Shown: piece after piece, positions 1 to 8,014 of the stretch
How the letters are laid out: every line of letters begins with the position of its first letter
Position numbering within the stretch: the stretch's first letter is position 1
Assembly: GCA_937889395.1 (NCBI GenBank)
Contig: CALAOW010000084.1
Span: 1 to 50,611, forward strand
Direction: 5' to 3'
Source: an uncultured Pseudomonadota bacterium
GTDB taxonomy: Bacteria; Desulfobacterota; Binatia; Binatales; Binataceae
DNA length: 50,611 bases
Program-made: the position numbers and the translations under genes
The notes under the pieces: generated by a model
Seen by the model: only the letters and a program-made list of their open reading frames with translations
What the model was told of the DNA's origin: nothing
The model's database searches: none

Positions 1-106
1 ACGTTAGATAGGGTTTTTGGCGAGTCAGTGCGAAGCGTTTCGAAAAATTCAGCCGCGCGCGCCAGCGCCAGGGTGGTTGAGCTGCGACGGCCCATCGATA
101 CGCGCG
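1..106. repeat. Direct repeat, left copy (tetR upstream region plus first 26 codons)
   Basis: Matches 1409..1514 at 105/106 positions (only 99 T vs 1507 C). Divergence begins at 107/1515. The copy starts at the window edge, so its true left extent is unknown. Confidence 0.9.
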
Positions 107-118
107 GCGGCGGGGGGA

Positions 119-316
119 ATGGTGACAGGAGCCGCAGTGGGCGGCCTGCCGGGCGCCGTTATCGGTGCAGCTCTGGGCGGAGTCGGAGGCGCCGCTGCCA
201 GCTTCTTCCTGGATCTCGCGACACGCGCGTTCAATAAGGATATAAGGGCAAAGAGGACGCGTGCAGAACTGTTCGTGAGGATCGCGCAGAAGCTGGGTGA
301 TCCTGCCGAATCATAA
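119..316 (+). CDS. Small glycine-zipper membrane peptide, bacteriocin-like (65 aa)
   Basis: ATG at 119 inside ORF 17..316. MVTGAAVGGLPGAVIGAALGGVGGAAASFF is a run of GxxxG/A motifs, followed by a basic C-terminal tail (KDIRAKRTRAELFVR). The upstream part of the ORF is repeat-derived junk. Confidence 0.45.
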   Translation: MVTGAAVGGLPGAVIGAALGGVGGAAASFFLDLATRAFNKDIRAKRTRAELFVRIAQKLGDPAES

Positions 317-423
317 GCCGTTCTGCAGAGCTGTTAGGCTCACACAAGCGAACGGCGATCGACCACGTCGTGGTTTTACCTTCGGTCCTGCAAGGTCTAG
401 CGGATCCGCACGAAATTTTCTCT

Positions 424-1191
424 CTAAATCGGGGGACGGACTTTGCGATAAATGAGGTTTTGCCAATTTATCGGTCTGGGCGGGGCTATCATTTTTCCGA
501 CGATAGCCTCGATCTCCGACTGCCACGCTTTGTTCAAAGAGTCGAGGAGCACCCCCGGGGTCGCGCGTTTGCTATCGCGGCACGAGTGTATCCAGAACAT
601 GTAGCCAAGCTGGTCGTTAGGCAATGTTGCGGGCAACATATTGAAACAAATGACGTCGTCAATCCCGCCAAACCGATTGCCCTTTAAGCACCTAGCAGCC
701 AAGTTGAGAATGGCATCGGGTCCAATAGAATAGTCACCGTCCTGAGCAAGAAATAGCACGCCGATAGCATCAGGCATCTTCAACATCGTCCTGGTGGACT
801 TGATCTGCTCATTCGCCTTTCTTATCCGGCGCGCTATGGGCTCGCGATACAATGATATGATCTCCTTTGCACAGTCGGCAGGGAGTTTGCGGACGTCCAA
901 GACCGCTCTGCCTTATACGATCGGCACGCCAGCCCTCCGCTCACCAAGCCATTTCCGATACAGAGCATTGCGCTTCGCGGCCAGACCCGGATTGTCGCGT
1001 TGGTCCCTTTCCAACCGTTTCAATTCGCCTATCACTCCATATTCCTGAAACACGTAGTCAGCATTGCTCTCTCGGTCTTTGTTCGTCGGAAGTAAGTCGC
1101 TCACCAACGAGCCGCCAACCTTCTTAATGACTTTCGCCATCAAGTCTTCGACGGAAGATTGCGGGAGCGGCTGGTTCGGTTGACTGTTCAT
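424..1191 (-). pseudogene. PD-(D/E)xK-like nuclease candidate interrupted by one in-frame TAA
   Basis: ORFs 913..1191 and 424..900 are in the same frame, separated only by TAA (913-915) and four sense codons (...GVPIV*GRAV-LDVRK...). The N-terminal part has a D..ExK-type motif (ADYVFQEYGVIGELK). Confidence 0.45.
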
Positions 1192-1260
1192 AAGGCGGTC
1201 TGTTTGGCAATAAAGATTTGAAGGTTACGTCTAATTGCTCCCAAGCTCTGCTTTCGTTTG

Positions 1261-1333
1261 TGAGCTGCGCAAGTTTCGAACCCGCGATCGTGCTTGTGAG
1301 GCCGATGTTTTACCGCTGACCTAACCGCCGCCC
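1261..1333 (-). pseudogene. Degenerate tRNA-like sequence (tRNA-Val CAC-like)
   Basis: The minus strand reads GGGCGGC GG TTAGGTCAGCGGTAAAAC A TCGGC CTCACAA GC(A)CGA TC GCGGG TTCGAAA CTTGC GCAGCTC A. It is 73 nt with a T-arm (GGTTCGAA) and an anticodon loop CTCACAA. The D-stem and 3' acceptor do not pair, and the anticodon stem has a 1-nt bulge. Confidence 0.35.
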
Positions 1334-1408
1334 GCGACATGCTAGCAAAAAAAGGGTCCCGTGTGTTCCCCACGTGCTTCGAACCCTGACGGTTTGACAG
1401 CCTAACGC

Positions 1409-1514
1409 ACGTTAGATAGGGTTTTTGGCGAGTCAGTGCGAAGCGTTTCGAAAAATTCAGCCGCGCGCGCCAGCGCCAGGGTGGTTGAGCTGCGACGGCC
1501 CATCGACACGCGCG
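1409..1514. repeat. Direct repeat, right copy (continuous with intact tetR)
   Basis: See 1..106. This copy continues into a full TetR HTH. Confidence 0.9.
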
Positions 1515-2197
1515 AGCGCGTGCTGCAGGCGGCGCAGGCGCTGTTCGCCGAGCGCGGCTATCGCGGCACCAGCCTGCGAGACATCGCCAAGCGAATCGGG
1601 GTCAAGGCGCCGTCGCTGTTGCATCATTTTCCGTCCAAGCAGCAGCTCTACCTCGCGGTGCTGGACAAGATGTTCGAGAGCCTCGAGGATGCGGCCAACG
1701 CGATCGTCTGGAGGCACGAAAGCCGGCAGGAGCGGATGCGCCAGGCGATTGCGGACATTGTCGATTTTATCGCCAGCCACCCCGATTTCGTGCGAATCAT
1801 GTGGAAAGAGATGGCCGACGAAAGCGGAACCGGGCGGCAAGTGCTCAAACGGCGCCTGCCGCCGCTGTTTTCCACCGCGGTCACTTTTATTTTCCGCGGC
1901 CAGCGCGACGGCGAATTCCGCACCAACGTCGATCCGCTTCATTTCATGTGGGGCCTCAACGCGATCACGATTGGCTACTTCACGATCGCGGCGATGATCC
2001 GGCGGCTGTGGGACGTGAACCTGCTCGAGCCTGCGATGGTTGAGCGGCGCAAGCGCGAACTGACCGACATGGTCGAGCGCACGCTTTTCACTGTTGACGG
2101 CGCCGAGCGGTCCATCGAGTCAGTAGATTCGCGGGCGCGCGGCACGCGCCTGGAGATTGAATCGACGAAAACCCGAAGGAGAAAATCGCGCTTATGA
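1436..2197 (+). CDS. TetR/AcrR family transcriptional regulator
   Basis: N-terminal HTH signature RERVLQAAQALFAERGYRGTSLRDIAKRIGVKAPSLLHHFPSKQQLY. GTG start. The stop overlaps the next ATG (ATGA at 2194-2197). Confidence 0.85.
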   Translation: MRSVSKNSAARASARVVELRRPIDTRERVLQAAQALFAERGYRGTSLRDIAKRIGVKAPSLLHHFPSKQQLYLAVLDKMFESLEDAANAIVWRHESRQERMRQAIADIVDFIASHPDFVRIMWKEMADESGTGRQVLKRRLPPLFSTAVTFIFRGQRDGEFRTNVDPLHFMWGLNAITIGYFTIAAMIRRLWDVNLLEPAMVERRKRELTDMVERTLFTVDGAERSIESVDSRARGTRLEIESTKTRRRKSRL

Positions 2198-3387
2198 AGC
2201 TGGGAACCTTTTATGAGCATCAGTTGCCGCGTCCATGGAAGGAGGGCTCGGAGCTGAAGCTCTTCCAGGATGCGCTCGATCAGGTCGAACTCGCGGACCG
2301 GCTCGGCATCGACCATATGTGGGAAGTGGAGCATCACTTCCTCGAGGAGTACGCGCATTCGTCGGCGCCCGAAATTTTCCTGGCCGCGGCGAGCCAGCGC
2401 ACCAGGCAGATTCGGCTCGGTCACGGAATCGTGTTGCTGCCCCCGGGCTACAACCATCCGGCGCGCGTCGCGGAGCGGATCGCGACGCTCGATTTGATCA
2501 GCGGCGGGCGGGTCGAGTTCGGCACCGGAGAATCGTCGGCGGAGCTGGAGCTGGGCGGCTTTTGCATCCCGCGCGCAGACAAGCGCGCGATGTGGCAGGA
2601 GTCGCTGGGTGCGATCGCGCGAATGTTTGTCGAGGTTCCGTTTCTTGGTCATGAGGGCAAGTACTTCAAGATGCCGGTGCGTAACGTGGTGCCCAAGCCC
2701 GTGCAGAAACCGCATCCGCCGCTGTGGGTCGCGTGCTCGCGGCGCGAGACGATTCATCTGGCGGCCAAGCTTGGAATCGGCGCGCTGACGTTCGCGTTCG
2801 TATCGCCGGAAGAGGCGCGGGAGTGGGTCACCGACTATTACACGACGCTCGAGAATGAATGCGAGCCGATCGGATACGCGGTCAATGCGAACATCGCGAT
2901 CGTCACCGGCTTCATGTGCGACAACGACGCCGAGCGGGCGCGCAAGATGGGCGAAGAGGGGCTGAAGTTTTTTTCGTACGCGCTTGGCCATCATTATGCG
3001 TTTGGGCGGCACGAGCCGGGCAAGACCAACATCTGGAACAATTTCAAATCCAGCCCGATGAATATCCCGGGCATGGACGGGGCGAACTCATGCGTCGGAT
3101 CGCCCGACCAGATTCGCACGCGGCTTGGCGAATTCGAGCAAGCCGGCGTTGACCAGGTCGTGTTCATCTCGCAGGCGGGCAACAACAAGCACGAGGACAT
3201 CTGCTCATCGCTCAGCCTGTTCGCCGAAAAGGTCATGCCCGAGTTCAAGGAGCGCGAGCAAACACGCGCCAGGCAGAAGGCCGAGCGGATGGCGCCGATC
3301 CTGGAGAAGGCGATGAAGCGCAAACCCGAGCCGAAAATTCCCAAGAGCGACGGACCCGTCGTGGTGCAGGCCGGGATGCTCGTGTAA
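2194..3387 (+). CDS. LLM-class (luciferase-like) flavin-dependent oxidoreductase
   Basis: MKLGTFYEHQLPRPW...LGIDHMWEVEHHFLEEYAHSSAPEIFLAAAS...GHGIVLLPPGYNHPARVAERIATLDLISGGRVEFGTG is typical of the bacterial luciferase-like family. Translationally coupled to tetR. Confidence 0.85.
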   Translation: MKLGTFYEHQLPRPWKEGSELKLFQDALDQVELADRLGIDHMWEVEHHFLEEYAHSSAPEIFLAAASQRTRQIRLGHGIVLLPPGYNHPARVAERIATLDLISGGRVEFGTGESSAELELGGFCIPRADKRAMWQESLGAIARMFVEVPFLGHEGKYFKMPVRNVVPKPVQKPHPPLWVACSRRETIHLAAKLGIGALTFAFVSPEEAREWVTDYYTTLENECEPIGYAVNANIAIVTGFMCDNDAERARKMGEEGLKFFSYALGHHYAFGRHEPGKTNIWNNFKSSPMNIPGMDGANSCVGSPDQIRTRLGEFEQAGVDQVVFISQAGNNKHEDICSSLSLFAEKVMPEFKEREQTRARQKAERMAPILEKAMKRKPEPKIPKSDGPVVVQAGMLV

Positions 3388-3401
3388 GCGCGACGGCGCC
3401 G

Positions 3402-4013
3402 TCAATCTTTGACCGGCGCTGTCGGCGCGGGTCCGACGCGGGTGAACTTTACCGGGAATCCGCCGCAGTCATTCGGATTGACGAGTTCTTCGCGGAAGTT
3501 ACTCGCGTCACTGACGAGAATTCGCACCTTCACCCATCGCGCCTGCTGGAATCCATGCTCGGCGCATATCTGATCGGCAACCACGATGCCCGGCACGTGA
3601 TGATCGAGAGTACCGCGCCACACGGCCTCGCCCGGCGGGATACTTTTGTTGCCGTCAACCAGGGTCGCGACGTAATTGCGGCCGCGTAACATCGGGTCCA
3701 CACCGATAACCACTCGAAGCGGGCCGCCCGGATAGGTGGCCATCCAGTTTCCGTTCAGCAACCTCGCCACGTTCATCGGCGGCGGGGGCGGCTGCACGGG
3801 AGCGGGCGGAAGCATCGGCATCGATGGCCCCGCAGATTGTTGGAACGACTGCGAATTGCAGGAGGAGGTCACGCATGCGAGCAGAATCGTCAGCGCTGCA
3901 AAGGCAGCGCGGCGCGCGCTCGTCGGCGACGGACTCGCGGTGATCAACGTTCGTGAGCAGTGGCGGCGGACGCTCGGACGCGGCATAGATTCCTCCAGCG
4001 GATGGATGATCAA
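3402..4013 (-). CDS. Hypothetical lipoprotein
   Basis: Signal peptide with lipobox (AALTILLAC-VTSSC), then a Pro-rich linker (PPAPVQPPPPP) and a globular domain. Start codon uncertain. Confidence 0.5.
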   Translation of the reverse strand: MIIHPLEESMPRPSVRRHCSRTLITASPSPTSARRAAFAALTILLACVTSSCNSQSFQQSAGPSMPMLPPAPVQPPPPPMNVARLLNGNWMATYPGGPLRVVIGVDPMLRGRNYVATLVDGNKSIPPGEAVWRGTLDHHVPGIVVADQICAEHGFQQARWVKVRILVSDASNFREELVNPNDCGGFPVKFTRVGPAPTAPVKD

Positions 4014-4187
4014 GTATAGACTGAGCTGCGGCGCAGCACAGCAGGGTCATTTTTCCCGCGGCGCGTCAATATCGATGGGTTGACGGTTGACCGCCGCAAC
4101 GGGGTGCTGATGACCGCCTGACAGGCGGATGCCTGTCGTTTGAGCAGGCACGTTGCATTTTTCATCAATACTCGCTCGATTTTGAAA

Positions 4188-4203
4188 TGGCACTACTCCT
4201 GCT
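4188..4203 (+). promoter_or_regulatory. Sigma-54 (-24/-12) type promoter upstream of the permease
   Basis: TGGCAC-tactc-CTGCT compared with the consensus TGGCAC-N5-TTGCW. Located about 95 nt upstream of the ATG at 4298. Palindromes lie upstream at 4114-4128 and 4130-4150. Confidence 0.5.
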
Positions 4204-4297
4204 TTAAGCCTCCTGATGCTCCCGCCCGTAACGGGAGCCACGCGTGCGCATACGGCGGACAACAAACCAATCCGCGGTGTGAATCGAAGGAGGCAAG

Positions 4298-5968
4298 ATG
4301 GCTGAAGAACAGAAAAAGATGCTGCCGACGCTGGGCTTGACCGGAGTCACGGTCAACGCGATGGCGCTCATCGCCCCGGGAGCCTTCCTGTGGATTACAT
4401 TCGTCGTTCAAGCGGGATACGCGTACCCGTCCGGTATGGCGATGTGGGCTGGTATTTTCGTGGCGCTGCTACTGGCGTACGCGACGGCAATTTCGTACTC
4501 GGAGCTCGCCAAACTTTATCCGGGAGCGGGCAGTTCGTACCTGTTTGCGGAGCAGGCCTTCTTGAGCAAAACCCACGCGTACAAGTTCGCGCGCGTGGCC
4601 AAGTTCGTAATCGGATGGTCGTCGCATCTCTATTACTGGATGTATCCCGGCGTCATGGTCGCCACGATGGGCATCATGATCGGGTACATCGTCGGCACGG
4701 TCGCGCCGAGCACGATGAACGCGGGAATTCCCGGCCCGGTATTCATGGCGATAATTGCAATAATTTTCGCTTACGCGGTGGCGTGGATCGCGTTCCGGGG
4801 AGTCAACGGTTCCACCATCGTCAATATCGGGATCAACGGAATCCAGATCGTGGCGCTGCTGTTCTTTTCCGCGCTGGCGATCGCTTACCGCGCCGCGCAT
4901 CCCGCGGGCTCGGCGGGCTTTGCGCTCGATGCCAACGGCAACTCGATCGCTGCGACAATTGGCGCTTACGGTATAACCGGCGACCACCCGTCGCACGCCA
5001 GCGCACTCTCGGTCCTCCTGCCGCATAGGTTTGACTGGGTGATGCTGCAGGCGACGGTCGCGATTCTGCTGCTGGTCGGCTTCGAGTCGGTGACTGCGCT
5101 CGGCGAGGAAGCGAAGAACCCCAAAAAGGACATCCCGCGCGGCGTTCTGCTCTCGCTCACGATCCAGGGATTGTTCTGCTACCTGATCGAATACTTCGCC
5201 GCCAACTATTTCCTGAACAGCGCCTACAGTCTTGCGGAGGCCAAAGGATCGGCGGCGCCGCTCGGCGACATGATGGTGATCATCGGCAACGCGCTGCTCG
5301 GCGGACACGGCCAGGCGTTCATGCTGATGGAAGCGCTGACGGTTTTTCTGGCGCTGATCGGCACTACGCTGTCGTGCATCAACACCGGCGCGCGCGTGAC
5401 CTACGCGATGGGGCGTGACGAGGAAGTGCCCGAGCACTTCGGTCTGCTGCACGGCAAGAACCTGACGCCGCATCGCGCGATTTGGGTGCTGGCAACGATA
5501 TCGGCAATCCTTGGTGCATACGCCGCGCTGTTCTACTTCGCGGGCGCGTCGGCGCCTGATGACAAGACGATTGCGACGCTGCCGCACAACCTGTGGTACT
5601 CGCTCGGAATGAGCTCCAACGCGTCACTCTCGTCGCTGCCCAACGGGTTGCTGCTGGTCACTCTCACTTCAAACTTCGGAACCTTTCTGCTCTACGGTCT
5701 GACCAACATTGTGTGTATCGTCGCCTACTCGGAGCGTGACGAGTTCCACGGATTCAAGCACATGGTGGTGCCGGTGTTCGGCGCGATCGCGAACTTTGCC
5801 TGCCTCGCGTTCTACATCATAGGACCGCTGGAGGGGCTCGGCAGCGTCAAGGAACCGCTGATGGCGGTGGCGATCTCCGTGATTTGGGGAATCTACGGCG
5901 CGATTTACTTCGTCCGTAATTCCAAGAAGCGGGGCAAAGAGACGATTCTCGTAGCCAAGCCGGCCTGA
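4298..5968 (+). CDS. APC-superfamily amino acid/polyamine permease
   Basis: 556 aa and about 12 hydrophobic segments. The N-terminus LGLTGVTVNAMALIAPGAFLW...SYSELAKLYPGAGSSYLF is typical of APC permeases. RBS GAAGGAGG precedes the ATG. Confidence 0.8.
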   Translation: MAEEQKKMLPTLGLTGVTVNAMALIAPGAFLWITFVVQAGYAYPSGMAMWAGIFVALLLAYATAISYSELAKLYPGAGSSYLFAEQAFLSKTHAYKFARVAKFVIGWSSHLYYWMYPGVMVATMGIMIGYIVGTVAPSTMNAGIPGPVFMAIIAIIFAYAVAWIAFRGVNGSTIVNIGINGIQIVALLFFSALAIAYRAAHPAGSAGFALDANGNSIAATIGAYGITGDHPSHASALSVLLPHRFDWVMLQATVAILLLVGFESVTALGEEAKNPKKDIPRGVLLSLTIQGLFCYLIEYFAANYFLNSAYSLAEAKGSAAPLGDMMVIIGNALLGGHGQAFMLMEALTVFLALIGTTLSCINTGARVTYAMGRDEEVPEHFGLLHGKNLTPHRAIWVLATISAILGAYAALFYFAGASAPDDKTIATLPHNLWYSLGMSSNASLSSLPNGLLLVTLTSNFGTFLLYGLTNIVCIVAYSERDEFHGFKHMVVPVFGAIANFACLAFYIIGPLEGLGSVKEPLMAVAISVIWGIYGAIYFVRNSKKRGKETILVAKPA

Positions 5969-6083
5969 TCCCAGGCGCTGGTTTGGCGAATAATCCGTGG
6001 GGCGAGCCGTGAGCGATCGCGGCCCGCCCCTTGGCCGTTCAACGGACTTTACTCCTCAGCGTTAGCCGGGTAGCTCACTGCAA

Positions 6084-6911
6084 ATGGATTCGTCGCTCTC
6101 CGCTCTGCCTTCGGTAGAGCAGGCTTTCGAGCTGGCGCTATTGTCCGACGTAGGTACGGACCGCGCCGACAATGAAGACTCGTGCGGGCATTTCATCGAG
6201 AGTCCCGACAGCGTGATGTTCGCGATTGCCGACGGCGTCGGCGGCTACGAAGGGGGTGAAATCGCAAGCCGGATGGCGATCGACATAACGCTTGAAGCTT
6301 ACCGCGAGAGCCCGCCAGCGTGGGGCGCCGCCAAGCGGCTCCATCGCGCGGTTACGCGAGCCAACATCGAGATTCACGACAAGGCGCTGACCGTGCCGGA
6401 ACTGGGCCGGATGGCGACCACGATGACCGCGGTCGCGGTGGAGAAGGGGATGCTGTCGGCGGTGCATGTCGGAGATTGCCGGCTCCATCTGATCCGTCAC
6501 GGCCGAATCTCGCAAGTCACAAAAGATCACACGATGGTCGCCGACCGGGTCAGGATGGGCGTGATGTCGGCGGCTCGCGCGAAGAATCATCCGGAGCGCG
6601 GGATGCTTCTGCGCAGCCTTGGGCACGAGTTGATCGTGTCGATCGATCGGATCGCGATGCCGCTGCTGGAGCGCGATCGCCTGCTACTGTGCAGCGACGG
6701 ACTCTACAATGTACTGGATGACAAGGAACTGGAATCACTGACGCGCGGCGTTGACGCCGAGACGGGATGCCGCAATTTGATCGACACGGCCAATAACCGC
6801 GGTACCGCCGACAATCTGACCTGCGCTGTCTTCAGAATGACGTCGCCCACCGGGCACACGGCGACCACCGGCGGATGGCGCGATCGATTGCGAGGATTGT
6901 TCGGACGATGA
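6084..6911 (+). CDS. PP2C-family Ser/Thr protein phosphatase
   Basis: Motifs DVGTDRADNEDS, ADGVGGYEGGEIAS, VGDCRLHLIRHG, TKDHT, LLLCSDGLYNVL, DNLTCAVF. Confidence 0.85.
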   Translation: MDSSLSALPSVEQAFELALLSDVGTDRADNEDSCGHFIESPDSVMFAIADGVGGYEGGEIASRMAIDITLEAYRESPPAWGAAKRLHRAVTRANIEIHDKALTVPELGRMATTMTAVAVEKGMLSAVHVGDCRLHLIRHGRISQVTKDHTMVADRVRMGVMSAARAKNHPERGMLLRSLGHELIVSIDRIAMPLLERDRLLLCSDGLYNVLDDKELESLTRGVDAETGCRNLIDTANNRGTADNLTCAVFRMTSPTGHTATTGGWRDRLRGLFGR

Positions 6912-6997
6912 ATCATTTGGCGCCGCATCCCCTTCCATTGCCTGCGTGCCGGATGGTAACGTCCGCTGACCGGCTTTTTCCCAAGACGGCCTGAAAA

Positions 6998-8014
6998 ATG
7001 CGCGAGGTCAGCGTTGGTGAAAACCTCGATCAGTACAAATTGATCGAGGTGATCGCGCGCAGCGGGATGGCGTCGATCTTCAAAGCTATCGATCAAACCG
7101 ACGGCGCGACCGTCGCGATCAAAGTCCCCTACATCCAGTTCGAGAGCGACGTGGTCTTCTACGGCCGCTTTCAGCGCGAAGAAGAAGTCGGGCGCCGCCT
7201 CAACCATCCCGGCATCATCAAGGTCCTCACACCCAGGCGCAAAAGCCGCATGTATATCGCGATGGAGTACGTCGAGGGTCCCTCGCTGCGCGCGATGATG
7301 CACGAACCCGGCGGGCTATCGGTGGAGAAGGCGCTCGATCTCGCACGACAGGTGGCCCAGACGCTTGTGTACATGCACGGTGAAGGCGTGGTGCATCGCG
7401 ATTTGAAGCCGGAAAACATTCTGGTGACGGCCGAAGGCCGGACCAAGATCATGGATTTCGGAATCGCGCTCGACGAATCCGCGCGGCGGCTGACGTGGTC
7501 CGGCCTGTCATCGACCATCGGCACGCCCGACTACATGGCGCCCGAACAGGTCAGCGGCCGGCGCGGCGACGTTCGCACCGACATCTATTCGCTGGGCGTG
7601 ATTCTCTACGAGATGCTGACCGGCCACCTGCCGCACTCGGGGCCCAATGTTTACAACGTGATGCGCGCGAAGACCTCGGAAGATCCGCAGCCGCCAACCG
7701 CATTCAAGCCCGATCTCGATCCGCATCTGGAGGAGATCATCCTTCACGCGATCGAGCGCTCTCCGCGTGACCGCTATGCGAGCGCGGCCGAGATGCTTGC
7801 GGACCTGAGCGATCCGTCGCGCGTCGTTCCCAAGGGCCGCGCGCAGAACCTCCATCCACGCAGCCTCGCGCTGCAGCGCGCGCGTCGTACGGCCGGGTAC
7901 GTGCTGTTTTTCACGTCGCTCATCGGGATCTTTGCATTTCTGATTTGGCTGGCAAACCGTTACCCGGCGGCGCCGACTCCCGCGCGCCGGTCATATCGAG
8001 GACAGGTGAGATGA
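6998..8014 (+). CDS. Hanks-type Ser/Thr protein kinase with C-terminal TM anchor
   Basis: VAIKV, HRDLKPENILV, DFGIA, GTPDYMAPEQ. One C-terminal hydrophobic helix (YVLFFTSLIGIFAFLIWLA). Confidence 0.9.
   Translation: MREVSVGENLDQYKLIEVIARSGMASIFKAIDQTDGATVAIKVPYIQFESDVVFYGRFQREEEVGRRLNHPGIIKVLTPRRKSRMYIAMEYVEGPSLRAMMHEPGGLSVEKALDLARQVAQTLVYMHGEGVVHRDLKPENILVTAEGRTKIMDFGIALDESARRLTWSGLSSTIGTPDYMAPEQVSGRRGDVRTDIYSLGVILYEMLTGHLPHSGPNVYNVMRAKTSEDPQPPTAFKPDLDPHLEEIILHAIERSPRDRYASAAEMLADLSDPSRVVPKGRAQNLHPRSLALQRARRTAGYVLFFTSLIGIFAFLIWLANRYPAAPTPARRSYRGQVR

Larger units (their letters stand above)
107..1408. other. Lower-GC inserted segment bracketed by the 106-bp direct repeats
   Basis: Lies between the two repeat copies and is visibly more AT-rich than the flanks. 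Cargo is unrelated to tetR: a glycine-zipper peptide, a broken nuclease-like ORF and a tRNA-like relic. No transposase or integrase, and no terminal inverted repeats. Confidence 0.5.

Noticed and set aside
17-316. Full-length 99-aa ORF and the 28..237 ORF starting in the left repeat copy
   Set aside because: The first ~100 nt are the duplicated tetR 5' region. ORF 28..237 is the TetR N-terminus running into out-of-context Gly/Arg junk. Only the ATG-119 glycine-zipper portion looks like a designed coding sequence.
7945-8010. Upstream extension of the amt ORF (MAGKPLPGGADS...)
   Set aside because: It overlaps the kinase C-terminus. The ATG at 8011 gives a canonical signal peptide and an ATGA coupling to the kinase stop.
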